Source: Sphyrna mokarran
Lineage: Eukaryota
DNA: 64,000 bases
Direction of reading: 5' to 3'
NCBI GenBank assembly: GCA_024679065.1
Contig: JAGIQG010000004.1
Coordinates: forward strand, 85,808,001 to 85,872,000
Position numbers and translations under genes: made by a program. Below the pieces are notes generated by a model. It was not told the DNA's origin, ran no database searches, and was given only the letters and a program-made list of their open reading frames with translations. Of the stretch, positions 37,981-50,849 are shown one piece after another. Each line of letters starts with the position of its first letter. Positions within the stretch are counted from its first letter, which is position 1.

Positions 37981-39523
37981 TAAGATTGTGTTAACAATAA
38001 TAGGATATCAGCAAGTAAGGTCTATACAAATAATAGTAGTAAAGGCTCTTCACTTGAATGTTTGGTGTATTTAAAGGATATATGAATATAGAATCACAAA
38101 TAGTGATAAATGGTTTTGATTTAATCACCATTTCTGAGATATTGGGCTAGGATTTTCATGGAATTGAAACATCTCCACAGCTATTGAAAAATGGCGGACA
38201 TGATCCAATTCCAAGATTGCTGCTGTCCCCAGTTTTCACTGGTTTGGGATACAGATGCAAGTAATGAAGCCACACCCTGCACCTCTAAGCTGGCCAGCTT
38301 CATTGCAGAGATTAGATCATCTGGCCTGCTATCCTCTGCAATTTACCAAGAGCTTTCGGATTCCAAAGGAATCATAAACCATAGTCTGGATTCGGGAAAC
38401 TTTTCAAATGTAACTTCAAAAGATTTTAGTCATGCACCACATGTCAAATTCATGCCAACTCATGATCCCCCTCACTCTCCCCACAGCTACCGTCATTGAC
38501 CATTATAGCCCCCATACCAACTCATGCCTCCCAGACATTTATAAAAAGAATTATAGAAGTGAATTTGGTTACACATGTGCAAAGATATGTTTATTTTGCT
38601 TGACTGATTTATTTATGCGGTTATAAGAAGTTACTTTTTCTGTGATCTCTTTTGGCAATGTCTTGACATTTATTTACACAAGATTAGGAGATGTCAAATG
38701 CTTCAAGCTTCTGTTGTTGATCATTTAATAGTCTGCTTTATTTACACTGTTTCAGGATTGTATTAACATTAGATTTTTTTTTCCCTAAGTTGTTTCACGC
38801 ATGCCATTGTTATTTTGAAGTTCATTGATTCTATACATAGTGTATATTGGATGAATGGACATGATAGAGCCGGAGTCATGGGTATAGGGCTTGGGTAGGA
38901 TTATTGTTGATGCAGCCTCAATGGGTCGAATTGCCTCCTTCTGTACTGTAGGGTTTCTATTTTAGCATGAAGAGTGGATACTGGGAGTGATGAGATGCAG
39001 GGTTCAGAGCTACAGCACATCAAACGTAACCAAGCAACTAAGATGAAGTCTCAGAGAACGAAGACGGGCCTTTTAACCAGCTTGTCTCAATATTCTGCCA
39101 TCCTTGCGGCTGCCTCTAGTCTGTTTCAGAGGGAGGGAGTCTATTGGTAGAGAAAATCTGGTCCATTATTTCAAGGTAAACAAGGCTGATAAATCAATAT
39201 TATCAAGCACTCAACATTTTGAAAAGATAGGTAAAGTAGAAAATGAGGAGAATAAGTATTACAAAACAAAAGTAGCAAGAAATATCTTTGGTTTGGAGTT
39301 TTAAAAAATAGAGATGGTATGAATGAATATTAGAAATTGCAGGATCAAAAAACATTAGTTCTGCTGTTGGATAGAATATTAAGCCAGAAATAATTGGAGC
39401 TTGCAAAAAAAGGCAATAAAATTCTGGGAACATTAATCTTCATATGAACTGAACAAATCAAATTGGCAAAGGTGGCCTGGAAGCTGAATTTGCAAATGCT
39501 TTTGTGGCAATTTCCTGAAACAA

Positions 39524-40372
39524 TGGCCTGAATTTTTTGTCTGTCAGGCGCACACACGCGGAAGTCCCAGATGTAGACAGTTGACTCCTGGGCTCAATTT
39601 CATGCTGGCGGGCCAATTAACAGGCAGGCAGTGTGAAACACCTTGTGTGAAAAGTGTGAAAGGGAAGTGCCCAGGAAAAGGTGGGCGCTAGTTCGCACTT
39701 CAACTGTCTTCCCTCAGGGATTGGTCTGCGGAGCTGATTCAGACGCTCCATACCCGAAAAAAATAAATTGTGATAGAAAGATTATGCAAAGTGTGCCTAG
39801 GCAGTGCATTCAAACACAAACCTCAGCCCCAAACACCTTTCCAATTTCACAACACTAGGAAACTGGGTTCAATTCAAGCCTTGGGTGATGGTCTGTGTGA
39901 AGTTTGTATGTTCTCCTCGTGTCTGTGTGCGTTTCCTCCAGGGGGCATGGCGGGGAGTGGTCTGCTTAGATAAGGTCTGTCAGAAAGTTGGTGCAGACTC
40001 AATGGACCGATTGGCCTCCTTCGGCACTGTGGGGATTCTATGATGATGTATGATGATATCAACCCAGCCCAGTTCATCTCACCCTTGGGTCAAAGTTGAA
40101 GCTAAAACGTAAAGGATGCCTGGCCAATCTGTCCATCCGGCCAAATGTAGAAACAGATGGGTCACATAAAATTACATCCACTTCACTCCTTAATGGGTTC
40201 AATTGCCATTCTGATTGACAGCGAGTGTGATTCTGACCTACACCTGTGCCTGTTGGTTGAAATATTGCATGAGTGTGTGATTAGGTGGATGTGCATGAAG
40301 TGACGTTGTGTGCGATTTTACACACTTCCAAGTCAGGCACTTAACCAACCGAGCAACATAGTATTTTGACCA
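39524..40372. mobile_element. Probable non-autonomous Harbinger-like element with nested SINE (39850-40042, +)
   Basis: Ends ggcctgaatttt ... tattttgacc; the nested SINE has gggttcaattc, a V-domain and tail ggcctccttcggcactgtggggattctatga. Confidence 0.5.
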
Positions 40373-40779
40373 ATACACTCTGGGCCCCTTTAGGGGTTAA
40401 GCTATTTTATGCCCAGTATTACATAATGAGTCAGGTTTAATTTGTTATCTCATAGTAAAAGATCTTTTGTGGAAAAAAAATGATCATAATTGAATTCCAG
40501 CCTATGTTTGAAAGTGACATACTCCAGACCTAAGCCAGAATTTAAAAGTTAAACAAAGCCATTTACATAGGTATGAGGGGACAGCCAGTTAAGGTTGTTT
40601 GGTTAAATAGACAAAAAAAATGCTGATACATAAATAACAGACAACATTTAAAGCAATGATTCAAAATGTTCAATAAAATGGCATTCTGTAAAAACAAAGG
40701 CTAAGCCATAAAGATTGATCTGTGAATAGACAGAATAACTCCAAATTCCATTTCATAGCTACCTACTGTATCCCTCTTC

Positions 40780-41495
40780 TGGGTAACCATTTGAGATTAA
40801 GCCAGTCTGTTTGCAACCTCAGTGTCACATTTGATTCTGCAATGAACTTCTGAACTCATATTCATGCCATCAGTAAGATCATTTATTTCCCTCTCCAAAA
40901 CATCACTTGCCTTTGCATTGGCTCAACGCATCTGCTGCTGAAATCATCGTCTATGACTTTGTTACCTCAGGATGTGCCAAAGCACTCCTAGTTGGTCTCC
41001 CACATTCTACCACCACTGGCCCTCCCATATCTTTTCAAAGTGATCCAAAGCTCTGCTGCCTCTGTCTTGACTCCTTTTTCACCCTGTGCTTGCTGACCTA
41101 TACTGGCTCTCAGTCAACCAGTATCTTGATTTTTGAATATTCTCATTGTTATTTGCAAATCTCTTGATGACACCTTTACCCCTCCACATCCTTTTAATCT
41201 CCATCAACCCCACAATGTTTCAGGATAACTCGAGTTCTCTAATTATAATTGCTCCACCATTGGTGGCTGTGCCTTCAGTTGATTAGGCCCAAGCTCTGGA
41301 ATTCTATCCCCCATATTCTACATACATCTTTACCTCTCCACCTCACTTTTACTCCTTTAAAACAATTCTTTCCTTGACCAATGTTTGGCCATCAGACCTA
41401 ATATTTCTTGTGATTGGTATCAAACTTAATTTGAAAATGTTCCAGTAAAATACTGTGGAACATTTTGTTATGTTAAAAGCACAGTATAAACATAA
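40780..41495 (+). mobile_element. L2 LINE 3' end
   Basis: SAAEIIVYDFVTSGCAKALLVGLP, ggctgtgccttcag...ctctggaatt, and an L2-type tail ttatgttaaaagcacagtataaac. Confidence 0.75.
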
Positions 41496-41499
41496 ATCA

Positions 41500-42000
41500 T
41501 TGCTGTTAAGTGAATGGGCAACAAGGTGGAAGATGAAGTATAAAGTGAGGAAGTGTGAAATCATCCACTTTGGTGATAAGAACAGGAAGCAGTTCCTGTT
41601 CTTATTACCAAAGACATGAATTACAGAAGGCATGAAACTTCAGAATGTTGGTCTTCAGAGAAACTTGAGTGTACTCATAAAAGGAACTCAGAAAATCAAC
41701 ATGCAGGTATAGCATGAAATTATGAAAGTAAATGGCATGTTGGCCTTTATATAGTAGGATTTAAGTACAACAGTAAGAAAGGCTTGCTATAATCCCTTGT
41801 CTAGGGATTTGGAGTACTGTGTTCAGTTTTGGTCTCCAGATCTAAGGAAGGATAGACTTGCCTTGGTAGTGCTACAATAAATATTCACTAAATTGGTTCC
41901 AAGAGATGAATGTGCTGTCCTAGGATAATAAGCTGAGTAAATCTACCCTTTAGTATTTGAAGCTGAGAAGAATGAGAGATGATCGTATTGAAACATATTT
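41500..42000 (+). mobile_element. CR1 LINE fragment
   Basis: LSEWATRWKMKYKVRKCEIIHFG, LEYCVQFWSPDLRKD motifs. Confidence 0.8.
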
Positions 42001-42254
42001 TTAATCGTCCGCAAATGTCAAGATTTTGTTTACTATACCAAGTTAAAATCATCTGTAGGTCTCAAGTTCAAAAGGTTACTAAATATTGACCTCTGGGATA
42101 CATCACTTCCAACCTTTCTCCAGCCTGATAGAGAGCCATTTACCCTCTCTGTATTTTGCCTATGATCTAATATTTTCTTTTATATCATATGCCTAATTTT
42201 TTCAAATGAGCCACTTTTAAGAAATTTTATTTAAAATATTTTGAAAAGCATGTA

Positions 42255-42600
42255 CAATATTTCAACATGTGTATTGGAAAAAACGATGTGCTGAAGAAGC
42301 TTTTTAGTTTGTACTCATCAGGACTGACATGAAAGTGCCATATTTCAAAGAGTGAAATAATTTGCATTGCGTGAGATTATTAGGATGTTGTCACAGCAAA
42401 TATGAGTTAATGTCACCTATGATGTATTTGGTATTTAAAAAGTTAGTGTCTGGACATATTCCTTTTTCTGCTGAGGATTGGCCCCTACATACGAATATGT
42501 GTAGCTTTTAGCAAGTGTAAATGAGCTACATTGTGAGCCCAACTGATAATTTTAGCAAGTTCAGGATTGTTCAGCAAATGCTACCCAATCATGGAATGCC
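42255..42600 (-). mobile_element. Penelope-like element 3' end (GIY-YIG C-terminus + pLTR)
   Basis: The reverse complement gattgggtagcatttgctgaacaatcctg...aaaaaggaatatgtccagacac is homologous to 43030-43200; pLTR with gtcctgatgagtac at 42311-42324. Confidence 0.75.
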
Positions 42601-42863
42601 ATTTAATGAAAGATAATATAAATTGACTTTGAAGTCACAGCTTGGTTAAGAACAATCAGTGCTCTGATTATTATAAAAAGTCAAAACTGTTTTATATGAT
42701 CCCCAGTCAATGGGATGTACAACCTACATTCTCGACATTGCAATGGCGCTCAAATTCATATGCCCCATTGTTCATTTATGTGACAGGCAGAACAAGTTTT
42801 TGGCTTGGTGGTAGCATCCTATTCGAGGAAAATACCACCAACCCAACCCATGCCTGCAAAACA

Positions 42864-43005
42864 TAGGAATTTTTCCCATTCTGCCTGCCACGGGAATCAG
42901 AGTGGGAAAGGGATGGGAGAGGGGGGATGAACCATGCAGATGTCTGTTGACCTACGGCAACATTTTTCCAGATTTGGGATGACCATGGCTGAAAAATCCT
43001 GCACA
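42864..43005. mobile_element. ~130-bp Harbinger-like MITE (reverse orientation)
   Basis: ggaatttttcccattctgcctgccacgggaatc is the reverse complement of the MITE end at 13660-13689; ends aaaaatcctgcac. Confidence 0.65.
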
Positions 43006-43007
43006 TA

Positions 43008-43440
43008 ATGTCACATATAGATGTGATTCTGTGATTGGGCAGCATTTGCTGAACAATCCTAAGTGTGTTAAGAATTACAACAACTGCCAATTTAAGATTA
43101 TCAGACAGGTTCACAAGATAGCTCACTTGCTTGCCAGAAACTACATTGTATTTTTAGGCATAGACCCAACCTCTGTGAGAAAAAGGAATATATACAGACA
43201 TTGCACCTTTTTTGACAAATCAAAAGCTTGGGGAATCAAAGCTCTCTGGGTAAGTTACCATGGCAATCTTGATTAATCAGAGCTGTCTTATTAACCAATC
43301 AGCAACCCTTGTCTCAGAAAGCATAGATTGTTGCTCCCTTTGAAATTTGGCATTCTTGTATTAGTCCTAATGAGTGCAAGTTTAAAAGTTTCCACAGTAT
43401 GTCTCCTTTCTCAGCAAACTCAAGTTCTGCATCACTAAGC
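43008..43440 (+). mobile_element. Penelope-like element 3' end (GIY-YIG C-terminus + pLTR)
   Basis: CDSVIGQHLLNNPKCVKNYNNCQFKIIRQ.. is PLE endonuclease C-terminal like; pLTR ctttgaaatttggcattc..gtcctaatgagtgcaag. Confidence 0.75.
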
Positions 43441-43974
43441 AATTACTTCAGCCTACATTGTTTTCAGCCACCAATTCTTCAAAAATTTCTGTTGCTTTGG
43501 TCAAATGTGAGTTATCTAATTATCTAATCAACCTACACAAATGGGATGCTATTAAATGCTCACTAATTGCTATTCAAATTAAGGCCCCAGAATTCCTGGG
43601 GTTCGCTGACTGACAGAATCAAAATCACACTGTCACTAGCCTCTATCTGCAGCCAGCCAATTATTTGAGTATATTTCCTAATGAATCTTTGCTCTGTATT
43701 CAATATCCCGATTCCATAAAAACCTTAGGATCTACTTTTAGTCTTTCTATTTATGAAGTTTGTGTTCCTGAATATTTGGACTGGATTTTAACATTTGAAA
43801 TGACTCACAAGGAGCAATCTTACCAAAAAAAAAGTAAAAAGATGAGAGTAAGAACAGGAGAGAATCGCACTGTTTTAAAAATGGAGTGCGATTTCCACCA
43901 ACAGAGGGAGGGGCAGAGCCTAAGCTCGCTGAAAGCCAGTATCTGGTAACAGAGCTTGCAATTGTGCATGCTTA

Positions 43975-44717
43975 GATCTGTAAACAGTGACCACAACACC
44001 ACACAATCCTGCCATAGCAACCTCTGCAAGATGTGCCGGATCATCGACACGGATGCCATCATTTCATGTGAGAACATCATCCACCAGTACACTGTACATA
44101 CCCTTGTAACTCAGCCAACATTGTTTACCTGATAAACTGCAGGAAAGGATGTCCAGAAGCATGGTACATTAGGGAGACCAAGCAGCTGCTACGAAAACTG
44201 ATGAATGAACAACACTCGACAATCACCAAGCAAGAGTGTTCTCTTCCTGTTGGTGAATACTTCAGTGGTCACTGGCATTCGGCCCCTGATCTTTGGGCAA
44301 GCGGCCAAGGCGGCCTTCACAACACACGACAGCGCAGAATCACTGAGCAGCAATTGACAGCCAAGTTTCTCACATGTGAGGACAGCCTCAACTGAGATCT
44401 TGGATTCATGTCACGCTATTTGTTACACCCATGACTTGCCTGGGTTTGCAAAGTCTCACTGACTATCCTGTCTGGAGACAATAGTCATTCCTTTAAATTG
44501 TTCTTAACCTTCTGTCCACTCACATTGTCTGTACATTTAAGACTTGATTACTTGTAAAGACTTGCATTATTTTGTAAATCGGATTTGTGTCTTTTTATGC
44601 TTTGTTTGTGAACAGAACACTTACTCACCTGATGAAGGGGCAGTGGTCCGAAAGCTAATGGCTTGTGCTACCAAATAAACTGTTGGACTGTAATCTGGTG
44701 TTGTGAGACTTCTTACA
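43975..44717 (+). mobile_element. Penelope-like element 3' part: GIY-YIG endonuclease remnant + pLTR
   Basis: PCHSNLCKMC.. then CNSANIVYLINCRKGCPEAWYIRETKQLLRKLMNEQHSTI..LPVGEYFS (VY..YIGET motif); pLTR ends aaataaactgttggactgtaatctggtgttgtgagacttcttac. Confidence 0.9.
44624..44662 (+). ncRNA. Minimal type I hammerhead ribozyme motif in PLE pLTR
   Basis: cac-CTGATGA-a-ggggc-agt-ggtcc-GAAA-gc-TA-atg: the conserved core is intact with a palindromic AGCT stem III; stems I and II carry mismatches. Confidence 0.65.
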
Positions 44718-45997
44718 GATTTGTGAACACAAACATTCGTCATTCACTGCCTCTCCCAGCTACTACTGGCTTTTGCAACCAATTATTCCCACTCTTTGCC
44801 ATTGTTGACCACCATGGCTTATCCCCTTCACCTGGATCGATAACTCCCCCTCCATGCACAGGCTATCTGATTCCCCCCACCCTCGTGCATCCCCTCCTCA
44901 GCACAGACCGTCCGATTCTCCCTACCCCCATACTACCCCCCCGCAATCATGGGGCTCCGTAGCCGTGCTACCATCTACTGTGCACAGACGGGCCAATCAC
45001 TGGTTGCAGACCATGCAGTGTGTGTGCCCCCCCCCCCGCCCCAATCATTGTTGCAGAGTTTGTAGCATGTACCACTCCCTTCTCTGATATGGGTAGTGGT
45101 ACTTACTCGACAGGAGTGAAACTGTTATCACCTGACAGCTGTATGCTTGTGACCATTTGGCTAAGTGAAGCATCAGATCAAGCCCAAGGTCATTTGTCAT
45201 CTTGGATCTTGTATGCCTCTTTTGTGGGAACTATGAATTGGATTCAATTGAATTGGCTTTTGGAGCAAGCAAGGAGATGAATTAGGAGCTTTGCCTTCTC
45301 ATTCCATGCATTGGCCTTGTAACTTTATGAATGGAGTAAAAATGAAATGGAAACCTGAAAGTTCATAGAATAGATATTTCCATGGCTCTTTTCTTGAAAA
45401 AGGGAAGAGTCCTATTACTCTTACCGCCAGCCTCAGTCTGAAACCTGCATGCTGCCACACTCATCCTAGTGTTTAAGTCTGCCCTGGTCCCAGTCTCCAA
45501 AACCCAGAAGGTGCTGGCCACAAGTATGCAGCAGGGGAGTGAGTGGCTTGTCACTAGAGCCGCTCGAACCACAGAGCTGGCACCATCTGGAGTAACAGGA
45601 AATGGAAGAATAAGACTCTGTAGTTTCACGAGGGAAATCACTAAGGTATTTAAAAGTTTGTTGAATTATCATTTTGATTTTCAAAATTTTGATCTATAAA
45701 CTGTATTTCAAAGCTACATTATCCATTAATCCCAATGTTGTCTGTTGCTTGCTAAAGGGCCTTAAATCTTGTGAAAAATACAAAGCCAAGAGTAGACAAT
45801 GTGCAATGAGTGCCAGTGATAGAGTGGATCTTCACAGTAGGTTGCTTTGTGGTGGGGTTGAGCACAATAGGTTCAGAATTAATGTACCAAAAAGCTCAGT
45901 TTATCATAAGTGTTCGGAATCAGTTACCCCCATGCATCCCTGACAGCTAAGTTTGCAGCTGCAAGTACTCTGGTCATGTCAAGATTTCTCACCTCCA

Positions 45998-46063
45998 TGT
46001 TATCATCCTCCTCCTCCTTCTTCTCCTCCGTGTTATCTTCCTCCTCCTCCTTCTTCTCCTCAG
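45998..46063 (+). repeat. 33-bp tandem duplication of a TCC/TTC-rich unit
   Basis: tgttatc(a/t)tcctcctcctccttcttctcctc occurs twice. Confidence 0.85.
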
Positions 46064-46201
46064 CACTGAAGATGCAGAGTAATCATCCTGTAGCTCCGGC
46101 CCCTCTGCTGTGCTATGCTGATGAAGGTACAGCACATTGATTTCATGAAGCAATAACATTCCATTTGCCTTCTTAATTACTTGCACCACCTGCATCTCAC
46201 T

Positions 46202-47040
46202 GGGACCTATTTTACCATTTTGATTCTAAATGCTGGGTGGACTTGAAACAGGGAGTGTTTCAGATCCGACTTTTAGATCCATTCTCCAGTGCACCCATAC
46301 GCACTCTGCCTGCAAAAATGTCAGCGATTCCGAATCACAATGCAAAAGCTTGTGGGTGGGGCTTAACTCACCCGAAACACTGTCACTCCAGTTGGAGCCT
46401 CCAACTGCACGTGTGCAGAAAATAAAATGATAGAATGCAGCTCCCCTGTCACATTGCTTCCCCTGACCCCCACAGACATTGCTTCACCCCCACAACTTTA
46501 CTGACCCCCTTATCTCCCAGCCAGATCAATTGTGGGCCCCTCTCCCCCTTTCTCCCACTGACCTCAGGCAGAGTGGCAATAGACTCTCCCCACACTGATC
46601 TCAGGCAGAGTGGCAGTGGACCCCCTCCTTTCCCCTCACTGATCTCAGGCAGTGTGGCAGAGGACCACCCTTCTCCCTTACTCATCTCAGACAGAATAGC
46701 AGCAGACCCTCCTTTCCCCTTACTGATCTCAGGCCAAGTAGCAGCAGACACTCCCCATCTCCCTCACTGCTTCCAGGCAGAATAGAAGCAGAACCCTCCT
46801 CCCCCTCTACCCTATGATCTCAAGCAGACAGCTATCAGATGTTGGGCACCTACCTCCTCACTAATTGGGGAAGTGCCAGTAAAATTGGACATGTGACCCA
46901 TTAAGTTAATTTAAATGCATGCATATCTTATGCAATGGCCTCTGTGATCACCATGTCTGGTCTCTGTATGTGGAGACCAATAATGATCCCTGCCAGTGCC
47001 ATGCCATGCCAACGGGATGGGAACATTGTATATTCCCAGA
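46202..47040. mobile_element. Non-autonomous DNA element with internal minisatellite
   Basis: Starts act-gggacctattttaccatt, like ggacctgattttaccatt at 57349; contains the 46558-46832 tandem array. Confidence 0.5.
46558..46832 (+). repeat. Minisatellite, ~7 units of ~37-45 bp
   Basis: Core ctgatctcaggcagagtggcag followed by a variable C-rich linker. Confidence 0.85.
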
Positions 47041-47079
47041 AGATGTGGCCTCAAGATGCCTTTGCATATTAAAGTTTTT

Positions 47080-47560
47080 TGTGAGGGTATGAGATCAGAA
47101 ACTCCAAGGTTAATGATGAAGTTTAATTAAACTCCAACTCTATTTGCTATTTTGGCATTAATTTGAGGATATGATGTTTCACTCCAAGCATGATGCTACT
47201 GACAAACAGTCAAGCTTTTATCAAAACAAACTTTATTTAGCACACTTCTACTGTAACAAATGAATTAGCTTAACATTTAACAATTGAACAATCCTTAAAC
47301 ATAGAAAGATACAATTGTTAACTGCTAACCTATTCCTATGAGTTCTAATTCAAGTAATATTCCTTTTACAGACTTACAAGTCCCCTTTAGAATCAGTAGC
47401 AAACACAGACTTATGTATTTGTAATTAGATTGCTAGTCCTAGAGTTCTCAGAGTGTTTCTGTGGACAGAGATAGGGAGACATGTCTTGCTTCTTTCAGAA
47501 CCAGGCTGAAACTACCAGGCTGGCACTGGCCAAGCAGAAGACTGCCTATCCCCAAAGTCC
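47080..47560. mobile_element. Possible solo LTR
   Basis: TG start, reverse-strand AATAAA at ~47232, inserted within a CR1/MITE cluster; the family was not confidently recognised. Confidence 0.25.
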
Positions 47561-47619
47561 TCTCTCCTTACTGATCTTTTAGTAATGTATTGTTATTTTT
47601 ATATTCAGTTCAATCTTCT

Positions 47620-49180
47620 GACTAGCCACCCATCTTTGTGAAGTAAGCACATTTTTTTCTTTTAGTTTGATACCATCTTTGTCTTCTTTAGTTAACCATG
47701 GACAATGTGTCTTTAGTCTTAAAGTCCCCTTAGTCTTTCTTTGTCACTGGAATGTTTCTTTTCCAAGTATTCTGAATTTTTTTTTAAATGTCTTGATTTG
47801 ATTTGATTTATTATTGTCACATGTATTAGTATACAGTTCTTTGTCTCTACTTACCTGTCCTATAAACTAATTCCCAAGTTCACTTTTGCCAGTTTTGCCT
47901 TCATAACCTTTAATTACCCATATTTAAGTTTAACATATTAATTTAGATACGCTCTTCTTTCCCTTAAACTGAATGCAAAATTCAACCATATTATGATCAC
48001 TGTTACCTCGGTGTGTCATTACCATGAGGACATTAATTAATCCTGTTTTGTTGCATATTACCAGATTTGGAATGGCTTGTTTACTGGTTGGCTGTAGCAA
48101 GTGTTGCCCTGAAAAGTTAACCCAAAAACATTCTAGGAACTCATCTTCCAGGCTGACTTGATCAATCCAATTCACCCAGTCAGTTTGTAGATTAAAATCA
48201 CCCATGATTATCATTGTACCTTTTTCACAAGCTCTCATTATATTTTCCTCTATCCTACCGTAGGTTACTGTTTTGGCGGGGCCTATAAACTACCCCCACA
48301 AATGACTTCCTACCTTTAATATTCCATGGGAGATTCTCCACTTCTGCTTACCTCAAAACAAAGAATCCCACCTAACGTCAACTAAAATTCCCATGGCTGG
48401 CGTGACAGAGAATTCTGGCCCATATCTGTACGCAAACTGATTCTATATCTTGACTTTTAGAAATAAGGTCATCTCTTCCTATTGCACTGTTATCCTTAAT
48501 TAACAGAGTTATCCTTCAGCTTTCCTGTTCTTCTGAAATGTTATGTACCTTTGAATATCCAAGTTCTAGCTTTTGCCACTTTGCAGTCTTGTCTTTGTAA
48601 TTGCTATCAAATTATCTATTTGTGCTTTCAATTCATCTGTTTTATTACAAATGTTACATGCATTCAGGTACAAAACCCTAACTCTATTTTTAAACTATTT
48701 TTGCAAATTCTAGCCTTATCTGTTGGAGCATACTTACATTTGTATACTCTGTCCCTTCCTGCCATATTTTGATTACCACTTCTCTTATTACTATCTTGCT
48801 CTCTTCCTTTGTCTTCTTACGTCTTCCCACATTTCATCTCTTTGCCCCACTACTTGACTTAAAAGCCCTCAATACCACTCTAGTTATATGACTTATCAGA
48901 ATACTGCTACCAGCACAATTCAGGTGAAGAGTGTACCAGTTCCTAATTTCTCTCATACTGGTGTCAGTGTCCCATGAATCAAAACTCATTTTTCCTACAC
49001 CTTTGAGCCACTTTGCAACTTCCTAAATTTATTTACTCTACACCAATTTGCTCTTGATTCAGTTAATAATTCAGGAATTGAATTATTTCCAATAATTGAA
49101 AATCTTTGAGGTTTCGCTGTTTAATTTAACTCCTAGCTGCTAATACTCCCTGAGCAGAATCCAGAAAGCTATCCTCTGCT
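47620..49180 (-). mobile_element. CR1 LINE, 5' part of ORF2 (APE endonuclease) and upstream
   Basis: ACEKGTMIIMGDFNLQTDW..FLEC..PTSKQAIPNLVICN..GNSDHNMVEF (47930-48238); interrupted by a Rex tail (~47793-47836) and a MITE (~48328-48421). Confidence 0.8.
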
Positions 49181-50849
49181 TACGTACTCTATGCTGAGAA
49201 TACACTTGCTGTGAGTTGGAGCTTAGTATTTAGCCCCTCTGCCCTGTGGAGATCTTTCTTACTCTTGCTGCAGGCGCTGCAGTTGATGACACACTTGGTG
49301 CTGCTTTTCTTGTTTCTTATCTGAAGTCCTGGGTTATCTATGAGAGGTCCCCATGCTATGATGAAGACTGACAGCTGGAAAGTGCACTTCAACATCAAAA
49401 GCCCAGGTAATTATTACTTCAAATTCTTGGAAATCACTTCCAAATCATTGAAAATCCGCAGTCAGAAAATGTCCTGTGTGCTAAAGCCTTTCACCTCATC
49501 AAAGAAGTATTTCTATCTTTAAAGGGCCTCCAGCCTGTTATCACTCAAAGCTGGCCATTACCATCTTCCTCTTGTCTTATTCAGCTTGCTGGAAGTTAAA
49601 GCTGCAAGCAATGACTCAAGATACAGTCAATTAAATTTTACCATAAGTGAATTGCAGACCTGCCTGTTCTATGGGGGCTTCTGAGTGCTTATGAACATAC
49701 CCCAGTTAACTTGAGAAATTGGTGACTTTGCTATATATTTGGCATTTTTAAAAAGTTAAAAAGTTTTAACACCCCATATTCATCAAAACCCACATACCCT
49801 GGCAAGTTAAATTTCCATTTCTCCCCATAATTCTGTCTGATTCTCTATTACTTTTAAATGCTAAATGTTCTTTTTTCTATTTTCTTCAAAATGTATTGCC
49901 TGATATTGAATTTCACGTAGTATATAACTACCCAATCTATTAATCTGCCTGCTTAATGTCCCTTACAATCCTTTTCAATTCACCATGTTTTCTATTTCTG
50001 AACCTGCATCAAATTTGATACACTGCCCAAATCCAAGTCTTTATATAATGGGGAAAAAAAAGTACTTCAACTCTCCACTATGTACATTTGTCATTATATT
50101 CTTCACCAATGAAAGAAGTAAAATCTCACAATTACTGCACTTTTCACTCATGGTGAAGTGATGGCTGTTGCCGCATCTGGGGTCCATTATTTGTAAAGCT
50201 CTATGTTTGAGTTTCCTCTGTGGGAAAGGTTATTGGGATAATGTGGCATAACTTTCAAGCATATGTATCATTGGCTAAGTGAATATAGATTTTCTCAGAG
50301 GAGTATCACTCTTTGGGGTAGGTTTCTTGTGGATGCAGTATGTACCGCTACCTTGTAGCCATTTAAGAGGGTACTTGACAATTCCTGAGGAAGGATGGCA
50401 TTGGAACTAAGCAACGTTTTGCCGGTTAGTTAAATTGAACTAATACTGTGTCCTTTGGTAACCACATTCTATTGAAGTTTACTTGATTACTTTATTGAGT
50501 GTGGAATGAATCCCCCAGATAATTTCCTGGAATAGGTTGTGATTTGTTTTCCTTCAGCTGAGATTGGGAGATGACAGTGCGCAAGACTGCACCATCTGTC
50601 AAGTACTGCATTAAATTTGTAGCTCAACCAGTTAAACTGATTAATAACATTTCAATTGGAACAAGTATAAGTAAGGGAATTGGTGTTAAGAGTATTCCTT
50701 GTACACAAAGCTCTGGAAGGTATTACTTAAAATCAAACATCATATTGACTAGATTCTAAAAGAGGGAATACACTTAATTTAAGTCATAGAAGTAAGGCTG
50801 AGACCCATTGCTTTCAATTCTTTGTATGGGGGATCTTCAAACCACTTCA

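Noticed and set aside
45989-46195. Arg-rich protamine-like ORF
   Set aside because: It is a chimera of a CR1 scrap (MQVVQVIKKANGML) and a GAG/AAG simple-repeat duplication.
46558-46832. CRISPR-like repeat-spacer array
   Set aside because: The linkers are mutually similar C-rich tracts, the repeats are degenerate, the context is vertebrate and there are no cas genes; it is a minisatellite.
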